Assembly (NCBI GenBank): GCA_030634545.1
Contig: DAOWAN010000002.1
Location: forward strand, 1 to 57,230
Direction: 5' to 3'
DNA length: 57,230 bases
DNA from: Candidatus Nanohalarchaeota archaeon
Lineage (GTDB): Archaea; EX4484-52; B79-G9
In this document: in pieces, positions 48,627 to 57,164 of the stretch
Layout of the letters: the number at the start of each line of letters is the position of its first letter
Position numbering within the stretch: position 1 is the first letter of the stretch
Notes under the pieces: generated by a model
Told to the model about the DNA's origin: nothing
Seen by the model: the letters and a program-made list of their open reading frames with translations, nothing else
The model's database searches: none
Translations under genes and position numbers: made by a program

Positions 48627-48660
48627 TTTTAAATTTGTTTTTGAGTATTTATATTTTTCT
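48627..48660 (-). promoter_or_regulatory. 34-bp promoter cassette identical to 35749-35782
   Basis: Exact sequence match and identical spacing to ATG. Confidence 0.85.
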
Positions 48661-48662
48661 TT

Positions 48663-49586
48663 CTAACCAGTGATGTTGATTCTCAGTTTTATTGCATCAT
48701 CAAATTCACGCCTGCCTGTGAACTCATCCATCAAAAGAAGATTTATCCTGTCACGTTCCCTATGTTCATAATCATAGTCAAAACCCATATAAATCTCGAA
48801 CTCTGTGAAGCCTTCCTCAAGTGTGTTCATCTTCAAGTTGATTAAATCTTCCTGCGTAACTGGAATATCATCCCAGACAATATATTCTGTATCGTGCTTC
48901 TCATTGTAATCAGCCAAGTCATCATAATCATCCATCAGCGTTTCCAGAAACAGTTTCTCAAGCTCTTCCTTTATGCCGAACTTGAAGCATGAGTCATATT
49001 TGTTCTTCAATCTTATCGGCAGTTCAACATAGAGAAAATATTCATCATCAAGTTTTGGGACAAGACCGACAACCTTATTAGAATTTTCCTGAATGCAGAA
49101 CGCTGGGTCTTTAAAGATGCCTTTCTTTATGTAAATGATTATCCTGTAAAATCTGCCATAGTCAATGTACGTCACTTCTGGCTGTGCCTTGTAATTGATA
49201 TACATCTTACAGTCCTTTTCTTCGATGTTGCAGACTGCTGGCTCAAAATAATATTCATCTGTCAGCAAAGTCAGAGTATAGTTTGTGTTGTTGAGGACAT
49301 CATCATATATCATCTTGTAATTTTTTTCAAGCAATCCAGACTGGACAACTTTATTGCCAAGCCGAAGCTCATAATCCAAACCATAGATGCGTTCAGTCCC
49401 TTCAAAGACTTTTATCTCGAAATGATGCTGTTGTTCTGGAAGCTCTGGCTCTGGCTCTTTTTCCCTTATCTTCTTAGTCACCGTGATTCCAATAATAATT
49501 ATAAAGATGATTCCGATAATCAACAGTCCGCCGATGATGAGATTAGAAAGGTCTCTCTCTTCCTTCACTTCTTCATACTCTTGCAT
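48663..49586 (-). CDS. Single-TM anchored extracellular protein
   Basis: N-terminal TM; TATATAAA 25 nt upstream (49611). Confidence 0.75.
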   Translation of the reverse strand: MQEYEEVKEERDLSNLIIGGLLIIGIIFIIIIGITVTKKIREKEPEPELPEQQHHFEIKVFEGTERIYGLDYELRLGNKVVQSGLLEKNYKMIYDDVLNNTNYTLTLLTDEYYFEPAVCNIEEKDCKMYINYKAQPEVTYIDYGRFYRIIIYIKKGIFKDPAFCIQENSNKVVGLVPKLDDEYFLYVELPIRLKNKYDSCFKFGIKEELEKLFLETLMDDYDDLADYNEKHDTEYIVWDDIPVTQEDLINLKMNTLEEGFTEFEIYMGFDYDYEHRERDRINLLLMDEFTGRREFDDAIKLRINITG

Positions 49587-49660
49587 TAATGATTATTATT
49601 TCAGAACTGGTTTATATATTTTATTAAAATAAAAAAAAAGAAAAAATAATATTTTTTCAG

Positions 49661-51058
49661 CTAAGGACTTAATGTCTGTGCTATCCTATCTGTTGCACTT
49701 GCTAGACCGATTAAGTCAATGTCAGCCAAGTCTTCACCTGAACTTCCGCTAGCACCATTAACTTCTTCATCGTTTGCTGTTGCTGAGTCATCGTAATCGA
49801 CTAATATTTCGTCAAAAAAGATGTGCCATTCAACAACTGCATTTTTACCTTTAGCAACTTGTCCTTCAGTACACTCGTATAGTTTCTCATTACCGTCAAC
49901 AACTGAGTCTTCACCGCTTGAACTAACGATTGTATTGTCACACTCTTCCTGCATCTCTGCTTGGAATAATATCTGTTTGGTGTTCACATTAGCTGTGCTA
50001 AATGGAACATCTCCTGTTATTCCTGAAGTGCCGTATTCTAACCACACACCATCTGCTGTACCGTTTTCACCGTAAGGTGTCACAGTAAGATAAGCCCTTT
50101 CAGTATTACCTGAAGCAAGTGGGTTATCAAGAACAATGGCGTATCCATCTTCAGAGACTTTCAATTCTATTACTGCTGTCAAGTCTATGCTTGTTGATGT
50201 GGTCAAGTCTGAGTGCATCCAACCATTCAAAGAAGCATCTAAGTCTTTTTCATGGTCTTCATCATCCATTGCGACACCACCTAACTGATATTCACCAGAT
50301 TCAAGTGCGTCTGATAGATAATTGTATTCAAGCCTGACGTTGGTTGTTCCGATGTTGAAATCATCAAAAGCGGATTGACCTATCAAGTCTTTGTCTACTT
50401 TTTCTGCCAGTTGGACAACAAATGCAAATGGGATTACGTCTCCAACTTCAGTACCTATGACTGCTCTAACCATGACTAGGTATTTACCGCCTGCTTTTGA
50501 CATTGTTGCTTCTTCAGTTGCACCTGCATCTGAGTCAACATCTCCTAAGTCTTTAGCAATCAATTCAATACCGTCTCCTTCTAAGTCATCTTGCCAGTCT
50601 GCTGTTTGGTATCCTCTGTAAAGATTCACTCTACAAAATGGATTATCGCCTGTCGGCATACCTTCAATCCATTGCATACCTTCTTCCGCAACTGTTACTG
50701 TTGGCTTTGAAAAGTCAATAACCACTGGGTTAGCGAATGCGTTGTCACAATCAAGATGATTCTCATCCTTCAAAATATCCAAATCATCTGATGTTATCTC
50801 AAAAATGTGCCACTCTACGTCATCAGGGTCGTCTTGCTCTGCACTGTCACTTGAGTCAAATTCAAGCTCAATGTCTCCACGTGCTATCCTGTGGAAATCT
50901 GCACCAGAAGGGGCTACTGTTTCTTTAGTGAAAAAAAACACTAAACCAACAAGAGCAAGTAAGAAGCAACCGCCAATGATTAAGTTTCTTGTACTATGGT
51001 CGTCTTTTTTTTGTACTATTTTAATCACCGTTTTTGGTTTTTTAAGTCTCACTGCCAT
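49661..51058 (-). CDS. Acidic beta-rich single-TM protein, candidate abundant structural/envelope protein
   Basis: Basic N-tail, TM, TKET motif, Asp/Glu-rich ectodomain; own promoter and 5' hairpin. Confidence 0.7.
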   Translation of the reverse strand: MAVRLKKPKTVIKIVQKKDDHSTRNLIIGGCFLLALVGLVFFFTKETVAPSGADFHRIARGDIELEFDSSDSAEQDDPDDVEWHIFEITSDDLDILKDENHLDCDNAFANPVVIDFSKPTVTVAEEGMQWIEGMPTGDNPFCRVNLYRGYQTADWQDDLEGDGIELIAKDLGDVDSDAGATEEATMSKAGGKYLVMVRAVIGTEVGDVIPFAFVVQLAEKVDKDLIGQSAFDDFNIGTTNVRLEYNYLSDALESGEYQLGGVAMDDEDHEKDLDASLNGWMHSDLTTSTSIDLTAVIELKVSEDGYAIVLDNPLASGNTERAYLTVTPYGENGTADGVWLEYGTSGITGDVPFSTANVNTKQILFQAEMQEECDNTIVSSSGEDSVVDGNEKLYECTEGQVAKGKNAVVEWHIFFDEILVDYDDSATANDEEVNGASGSSGEDLADIDLIGLASATDRIAQTLSP

Positions 51059-51116
51059 ACAACGGCACATGAAACTGCGTTGTAATAGATTTACAATTTG
51101 CTTTCTAGTTTATATA
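51058..51116 (-). promoter_or_regulatory. TATA (51109-51116) plus 5'-UTR hairpin (51058-51084) abutting the start codon
   Basis: tacaacggca-catgaaac-tgcgttgta inverted repeat. Confidence 0.6.
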
Positions 51117-51137
51117 TGTTGGTTTTTAAGAAAAAAA

Positions 51138-51512
51138 TCAATATGTTATACTGTAACCACAAGTGTCTTCCAAGAATATGATGAACGGGTGCGGATGTAT
51201 TATATTTTCCCTTACTTTATCAGCCCAGTCTTTAGATAATTTGTATGTAGTGCAATCGATACCGCCTTTCATGACCCTGTTGTTCTCAACCAAGACTTTA
51301 ATCTCTATGAGCATGTCAATAAAGTTAGTTGGGAATGAAGATTTATAATCGTTGTAAAGATACAGCTTCCAGTCTTTTTTTGTACCCCATTTATGCTCTG
51401 CCTTGAACTTATAATGTTGTTTGTTTTGATTAAACTTGAACAGTTTGGCTAGGACAATGCACTCTGGGGGCATCTGGTTCAGGAAACTAATGCTTCTCTT
51501 TTGGTTGTTCAT
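51138..51512 (-). CDS. Hypothetical protein, possible winged helix
   Basis: ORF with ...LIEIKVLVE...YKLS pattern. Confidence 0.5.
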   Translation of the reverse strand: MNNQKRSISFLNQMPPECIVLAKLFKFNQNKQHYKFKAEHKWGTKKDWKLYLYNDYKSSFPTNFIDMLIEIKVLVENNRVMKGGIDCTTYKLSKDWADKVRENIIHPHPFIIFLEDTCGYSITY

Positions 51513-51747
51513 CTTCAAGCTCTTCTGGTGTCTTGTATTCAACATCTATTATATTTATCAACAACATCCTTTTCGGCATGTCTAGATAATACTTCATCTT
51601 CTTTTTGTTAGTGACCCAGAACTTCTGCGTACCTCTGGCAACCTTGATTCTCTTGATTTCTTTTCTTCTTTTATGAATATTTTTGAGCCTTTTGGCTTTC
51701 TCTTTCTGCACAGTTTTCATGTGCTTCTTCTGTTGCTCTGGTGTCAC
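51487..51747 (-). CDS. Hypothetical basic protein
   Basis: 86-aa ORF. Confidence 0.5.
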   Translation of the reverse strand: MTPEQQKKHMKTVQKEKAKRLKNIHKRRKEIKRIKVARGTQKFWVTNKKKMKYYLDMPKRMLLINIIDVEYKTPEELEDEQPKEKH

Positions 51748-52031
51748 TTTTTCGGCACTAAGACTTCTAATGATTTTATGTCTATAAAAGACATTTTTTG
51801 TGTTTTAAAAACAGCTACCTTTACATCACTTGTATTGTTTTTATAATGACAAATTTCAAGTTTTCTTCTTTTATCTAACTGTGTTTTAGTAAAAAGCCAT
51901 GTCAACATTGGATAATGAAAACTCAAAAATCTTCCAATATATATTTCCTTATGTCTTGTTTCTATTTTTAATATGTCTCCTTCCTCAAAAGTTGTGTTGC
52001 CATATCTTCCCATCTGTATTAATTTTTCCAT
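51744..52031 (-). CDS. Hypothetical protein
   Basis: 95-aa ORF with GGTGA SD site. Confidence 0.6.
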   Translation of the reverse strand: MEKLIQMGRYGNTTFEEGDILKIETRHKEIYIGRFLSFHYPMLTWLFTKTQLDKRRKLEICHYKNNTSDVKVAVFKTQKMSFIDIKSLEVLVPKK

Positions 52032-52133
52032 TGTTTAATCACCTAATTTTACATTTACAATCTTTTTCATTCCAACTTGTATGATTGCCCCAAGTTATTA
52101 ACCACCAAAATATTTCTGATAATTTCATTTATA

Positions 52134-52943
52134 TCACCCTGTTGTATTTGTTAGATTCTGTGTTATGTTCCACGCAAAATCAAAATTAATCTTTGTTCCT
52201 AAAAACAAGCCGATTGTCTTGAACAATGCACCAGTAAGAAGATAATGCCCGATGCCTTTGAACGCAATAATCCAGTGCCACCATTGGTTAATCAGCAACC
52301 TGTCTATAAAGTGGAAAAGGTTTGTTGCTATGGCTTTGACAAGTCCAAAACCTACCAGATTTGTTATAGGAACAAAGTTGAACGTGATGACCTTTGAAAT
52401 GAAAATCATGTTTCCGATATTTGAAAATATCAGGAATATGTATAGCATCAGGAAAGCGTACCAGCTTATCTCAGATTTTGGTGTGGACTCATTGATTGGT
52501 AATTTGTCAATGTCCCTGCCTAATTTTTTTACGATGAGATTCATTGGAAACGTCCATGAATACTGCCTTACTAGATAACAGAATGCCCTGTGCCACCAGA
52601 TGTAAAAGAAACTTTCCTTGATGACCAATGCTAGAGTTATTATTGCCTGCCATAATGTCGGGCTTGCTATCCTGCTGAAATCAACTGACATATCATAAAT
52701 CTTCTGGTCAACTGTGATGACTGTCTTGACCATCTGCATGACACCAGCCAATACACTGTGCTGTTGGATTCCGACAGAAATTGCTATGCCGATTGTTGTG
52801 ATGAAGGCAATCAGACCGTACCATCTCAACAGTTTAGCACCAATGGTGAGACCTGCACCGAGCAGAAAATCTTTTGAAAAGATGAAACTCAGTATCTTGA
52901 CAAATTTTCCACCTAGAGAAGCAATTATGTTTTTAATAGCCAT
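52134..52943 (-). CDS. Polytopic membrane protein
   Basis: Several hydrophobic helices; TATA 25 nt upstream. Confidence 0.75.
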   Translation of the reverse strand: MAIKNIIASLGGKFVKILSFIFSKDFLLGAGLTIGAKLLRWYGLIAFITTIGIAISVGIQQHSVLAGVMQMVKTVITVDQKIYDMSVDFSRIASPTLWQAIITLALVIKESFFYIWWHRAFCYLVRQYSWTFPMNLIVKKLGRDIDKLPINESTPKSEISWYAFLMLYIFLIFSNIGNMIFISKVITFNFVPITNLVGFGLVKAIATNLFHFIDRLLINQWWHWIIAFKGIGHYLLTGALFKTIGLFLGTKINFDFAWNITQNLTNTTG

Positions 52944-53281
52944 TAAATAAAATAATTATTAAAGGGATTTATATATTTTCTTTATTTTTGCCAGTGTGCG
53001 TCATATCATGTCATAACTGCGTCATAACTTTCAAGAATTGACAATATTTCCTACTTGTTATATATATTTCCAAATTTTTGGAAACATTTCAAATTAGCTT
53101 ACTTTTAGCTTATCTTTGGCTTACAGAATTAGTGTTTTAAAAAGTGGCAATTATTAAATAACTACTTATATAAGTAAGAAAACGTTAATATAACTGTGAA
53201 GTTATTAATAATTATTAATGATTGTTAACCAGAACTAGATTAAAAGAAAATATATAAACAAGCTTTCTAATTAAAAAGTGT
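52944..53281. promoter_or_regulatory. Divergent promoter region at the strand switch; candidate origin/control region
   Basis: Back-to-back TATATAAA boxes (52968-52975 minus; 53251-53258 plus), GTCATA repeats and palindromes. Confidence 0.6.
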
Positions 53282-53635
53282 ATGGGTATTGAACAAACAA
53301 TAAATGACTTCTTTATGTGTGCTGATAAAGTAATCGAAAAACAGGATTCTGACCTGATAAATAGCCTGCTTGACATAGTCGGGTACATGGACAATTACAA
53401 TGATAATTTAAGGGTCTTATACCAGTTCTTCAAGAAAGACGGCTCTGTGAAGTACCCTGCACGATGCCAGTTGGAAGCGTTCATCGATGCTAGGATAATG
53501 GATGTCAATTCTTTTGTCAGCAAAGTCAAAGAAAAATATAAGCTTGGAATTGCGGTCAAGACTGAATCTGGTGAAAAAATAGATTTCTGGGTGAAGAGAG
53601 TCGAAAAGCGTGAAAAAGAGCTTAATCTGAAATAA
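53282..53635 (+). CDS. Hypothetical protein
   Basis: 117-aa leaderless ORF after TATA. Confidence 0.75.
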   Translation: MGIEQTINDFFMCADKVIEKQDSDLINSLLDIVGYMDNYNDNLRVLYQFFKKDGSVKYPARCQLEAFIDARIMDVNSFVSKVKEKYKLGIAVKTESGEKIDFWVKRVEKREKELNLK

Positions 53636-53636
53636 A

Positions 53637-54071
53637 ATGCAACTTATCAAACAGATTGTCATGAAAGACTATCAGAAATATATAGAGAATAATCTCAACA
53701 ACAGGTTCTTCCCTTTTGAGATTGGACAGGCTATCAGCCTTGCTATGGTCGTGCTTGAAGAAGATAAAGGTGCTGAGTTCGATGATACTTTGATTAAAGA
53801 TGTAAATAAATTATATAAGCAGTACCACACACTGCCTTTTGAGAAGACACGGCACATAATGGATGAGGAACTGCGTGAGAAAGAATATCACAGGCTGAAG
53901 AGCAATATCGCATTCTCCTTGAAGGAAAAGATTGACCAGTTGATGAGAGTCATATATGAATTCTTTAAAAAATATAAAGAAGTTGAAGTTGTTGAAAAAG
54001 ATGAACGGAAATTTGAAGGGAAAGGCGTTGTAGCTGTGATATATCCGCATCATACTTATGAAGTACATTGA
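53637..54071 (+). CDS. Hypothetical helical protein
   Basis: 144-aa ORF 1 nt after the previous stop. Confidence 0.75.
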   Translation: MQLIKQIVMKDYQKYIENNLNNRFFPFEIGQAISLAMVVLEEDKGAEFDDTLIKDVNKLYKQYHTLPFEKTRHIMDEELREKEYHRLKSNIAFSLKEKIDQLMRVIYEFFKKYKEVEVVEKDERKFEGKGVVAVIYPHHTYEVH

Positions 54072-54167
54072 AAATGAATTTAATAAAGATTGTGGCTCAA
54101 CAAAGAATGGGAATGACAGTTCGAGCTAAATCAGTTTATTTTTATCACTTAAAAAATAATTATTAAA

Positions 54168-54464
54168 ATGTGTAACAAAAGAAATTCAACAGAGATTCCG
54201 TATGGAAATCAAGCTAATCAATTTGCCAAAGTTGATGACTGTGTTGCAAAAGAAACAATAAAACTTAATAAGAAAGGAATCCCCACGTTATCTTCTTGTT
54301 GTGGACATGGCATCTATAAAAAAACTATTGTTGTTCTGCATAAAGATAAAAAGACAAGAGTTGAATATTTCAGCAAAAAAGTTATCCCAAGAATAAGAAG
54401 ATTCTATAAAAAAGATGATGAGGGTTATTATTACATCCCAGAGGTTGAAGATGGTAAAAATTGA
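54168..54464 (+). CDS. Phage-type protein with TYW3-like SCCGH motif
   Basis: VDDC......LNKKGIPTLSSCCGHG. Confidence 0.65.
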   Translation: MCNKRNSTEIPYGNQANQFAKVDDCVAKETIKLNKKGIPTLSSCCGHGIYKKTIVVLHKDKKTRVEYFSKKVIPRIRRFYKKDDEGYYYIPEVEDGKN

Positions 54465-54645
54465 AGTTGGATTGAACTTTACTGCTGATGAAAGAAGAGA
54501 AGTAGTTTTCAATAAAAAAGATTACCCGACCCTGTTTGATATTAACGAGAAGCAGAAATCATATAAAAAAGAGCAGAGAAAACTTGAAAAAGAAAGAGAG
54601 TTAAGAAAGCTTGAAAATGGTGAAAATGGTAAAGATTTACACTAA
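54451..54645 (+). CDS. Hypothetical protein (MVKIEVG...)
   Basis: ATG at 54451 with GAGG SD site. Confidence 0.5.
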   Translation: MVKIEVGLNFTADERREVVFNKKDYPTLFDINEKQKSYKKEQRKLEKERELRKLENGENGKDLH

Positions 54646-54716
54646 TTGGGATGGTGCAAAAGACGAGCACATTATAGATATGGAAAATTATTTATTTTAT
54701 TTAATCTCAAAAGAAA

Positions 54717-55247
54717 ATGGCAAAGAAAAAATTAATAAAAAAACAGGTAAAGAAACAAAAAGTGTATGAACCTCTGCCGATGACAACGCAGTTGGTCTTC
54801 AATGATTTGGCACTGTCACGTGTCGGTTACTATTGTGATAAGATTTATTACATGATTGAAGGCATGAATTTCCTGATGGCTGACCTGCCAGAGCTAGAGA
54901 AAGAACTGAAGAAGAAGTTCCCCAAACATTACCATTTATTGAAGATTAGCCAAATCATTGCAACTGAGATAAAAGTTTATTATGACGGTCTTGACGGGCA
55001 TCAGATAGCAAAAGATGACCTTACTTCTGAACGGTTCATTTCTTTTAAAAAAGCCTTACCAGATTTGCCATTCATCAACAAGCCTTTATACAAGATGTTC
55101 TATTTCCTTATCAAAAGAACCAAGCTGAAGAACTATTCAATACCTTCTATTTATTTCAGGATGGCGGAACGGAAGTATAAATCATTCGAGCCTAAAGATG
55201 AGCAGGCTCACCGTGACACGCATGATGAGGATGAGGATGAGGTTTGA
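54717..55247 (+). CDS. Hypothetical protein overlapping the ATPase start
   Basis: 176-aa ORF, MAKKK start, acidic tail. Confidence 0.75.
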   Translation: MAKKKLIKKQVKKQKVYEPLPMTTQLVFNDLALSRVGYYCDKIYYMIEGMNFLMADLPELEKELKKKFPKHYHLLKISQIIATEIKVYYDGLDGHQIAKDDLTSERFISFKKALPDLPFINKPLYKMFYFLIKRTKLKNYSIPSIYFRMAERKYKSFEPKDEQAHRDTHDEDEDEV

Positions 55248-56814
55248 AGAGAAAAAGCGTGTTGAATATCTGACTATCTTTGACCCGAATAAGAAATATA
55301 CTCAGGCAGTCAACAACGTGCAGGCATTGTTCTACGCACTTTCTGGTCAGGGTAAGACATTGGCTGTCGAGAAGTTTGTCGAGAAATTCAAGAAAGACGG
55401 CAGTTACATCCCGATAGTGATTACTGAAAAATTTATACACAGGCTTGAATTTGGTTTTGCTGGATTCAAGCCGAGACATAAGTATCACCTTGATTATCTG
55501 AAAGAGCAGGGCATAACGCCAGATAGGAAAGAGATTAAGATTCATGCACCATTCTCCTTCAATGACAATAGATACTGGCAGAAGAAGTTGTTCCCTGTCA
55601 ATCTTATAACGTTTCCTGTCAAAGAAATACCGCCTGAGATATGGGCAATCATCTTTGAAACATCAACAAAAGCACAATCCATTAATGCAGTTGTATCCGC
55701 ACAGAAAGATTTGCTTCCGCATGAAGGAGTTACTGATTTGATAAGGATTGCCAGCGAAAAGATTAGGAAGAATCAAGTCTCTGGCTCTGAAAAGACAATA
55801 AGTGACATCAAGACTTTCCTTGAACCGTTCCAGACAACTTATTTTTTAACTTCAGAGAATTGTGAATATAATTTCAATCCTGATGACATACTTTTGAACC
55901 CGATACCTTATCATATCTTTCATTACGGCTTCTTTCCAAGAGGTTATATCAAGCAGGAATACGTTGCGGTGAATCTTGTGCTTTATAATCTGATAAAAAG
56001 GTATGAAGAGCTTAGAAAAGACAGAAGGATGACGAGAAAACTGAATCCTTTGCTGTTGGTTATCCAAGAAGTGTTGGCATTCCTTCCGCAGAACTTTGAT
56101 GAGATATATATTGAGAAATCCGCACAGATATTTGAGAAGAATCTTCTTCAAATAAGGGGTTTGGGCATCTCAACTGTTGGGGACAGCCAAAAAGTGTTCC
56201 AGACAAATGAAAGGTACAGGGATTCAATGACAGTTGAGTATTATGGTAAGTTACCAACGCCAGATGTTGAAAGGCTTGGTAAAATACGAAGATATAATGT
56301 TGACCAGCGTACCAGGTTGGAAAGCATGCCGAAGAACCATTATTTTATGAAAGGAAGCTATAAAGAGTCTGTTTTTCTATTCCCTAGTCATGCACATTGC
56401 GAAGAAGGTGAAGATTTCTATGTCAGATATGCCGAAGAGTTCCCTGACAAGTTAAAAGATAATAAAACAGTGCATGATTACATGAAACAGCAGTTTAAGG
56501 ATGAACGTGACAGGCAGAAGGTGTTTTTAAAAGAAAAATTGAGGAAAAAGCGTGAAAAGAGGGTTGAGAAGGACTTGAAGAAGATTGAGAAGCTAGAAAA
56601 AAGTGAAGTTGAAAAAGAAAAAATGAGGTCTGAGATTAAAGTTAAGGATACAGAGCTTCAGAACCAGCTTTACATCAACATGTTCCGTGATTCTAAACTC
56701 AACGGGAAGAAGCTGTCATGGGTCAGGCTTGGCAAAAAGTATGATATGAATGATAAGACAGCCAAGAGCCATGCTGAAAAGGGCAAAGAACTCGTTAAGG
56801 AAGCCCCTGTATAA
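55237..56814 (+). CDS. HerA/FtsK/VirB4-superfamily P-loop ATPase (DNA translocase or packaging-type) with C-terminal coiled coil and HTH-like tail
   Basis: Walker A ALSGQGKT; Walker B-like LLLVIQE; arginine-finger/sensor motif QIRGLGISTVGDSQ. Confidence 0.75.
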   Translation: MRFEEKKRVEYLTIFDPNKKYTQAVNNVQALFYALSGQGKTLAVEKFVEKFKKDGSYIPIVITEKFIHRLEFGFAGFKPRHKYHLDYLKEQGITPDRKEIKIHAPFSFNDNRYWQKKLFPVNLITFPVKEIPPEIWAIIFETSTKAQSINAVVSAQKDLLPHEGVTDLIRIASEKIRKNQVSGSEKTISDIKTFLEPFQTTYFLTSENCEYNFNPDDILLNPIPYHIFHYGFFPRGYIKQEYVAVNLVLYNLIKRYEELRKDRRMTRKLNPLLLVIQEVLAFLPQNFDEIYIEKSAQIFEKNLLQIRGLGISTVGDSQKVFQTNERYRDSMTVEYYGKLPTPDVERLGKIRRYNVDQRTRLESMPKNHYFMKGSYKESVFLFPSHAHCEEGEDFYVRYAEEFPDKLKDNKTVHDYMKQQFKDERDRQKVFLKEKLRKKREKRVEKDLKKIEKLEKSEVEKEKMRSEIKVKDTELQNQLYINMFRDSKLNGKKLSWVRLGKKYDMNDKTAKSHAEKGKELVKEAPV

Positions 56815-57120
56815 GCATCACCTATGCGAAAAATCAGTTCGGATTCTATGAAAATTGATTTTTAAGAAAAAATTGGGATTGCTCTTATTAACACTGGTGA
56901 ATTCTTTTTTAGAATTTTTTGAAAGTTTTCCGAAACTCGTAATATAATTTTTGGGAAGCTGTGGGAGATTTTCCTTATATATTGTTTTAATAGAATACCC
57001 TCTATAAAACTTATTCATTTCCAAGCCCTCAGAGTGCCTTCGGAATTTACGAGCTAAGTACTTTAACACTTGCGAGAAAGGTTTTTGACTGATTGCCGTC
57101 ATTAACAATTTCACTTCTAA

Positions 57121-57140
57121 AATAAAAAAAATATATAAAC
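57121..57140 (+). promoter_or_regulatory. TATA promoter (AAAATATATAAAC) 26 nt before ATG 57165
   Basis: Same motif and spacing as the element's other promoters. Confidence 0.7.
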
Positions 57141-57164
57141 TCGTAGTAACATTACATTTCTCGG

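Noticed and set aside
1750..52950. Numerous plus-strand ORFs antisense to the minus-strand genes (e.g. 4433..5122, 28128..28595, 43065..43652)
   Set aside because: They are Phe/Ser/Leu-rich shadows of Lys/Glu-rich genes, with no SD, promoter or motif support
55237..56814. Terminase large subunit
   Set aside because: No RNase H-like nuclease domain is evident; the RxxG...SQ motif fits HerA/FtsK; no portal gene nearby
56818..57114. 98-aa minus-strand ORF
   Set aside because: Non-ATG start, opposite to the local gene direction, no motif; treated as non-coding
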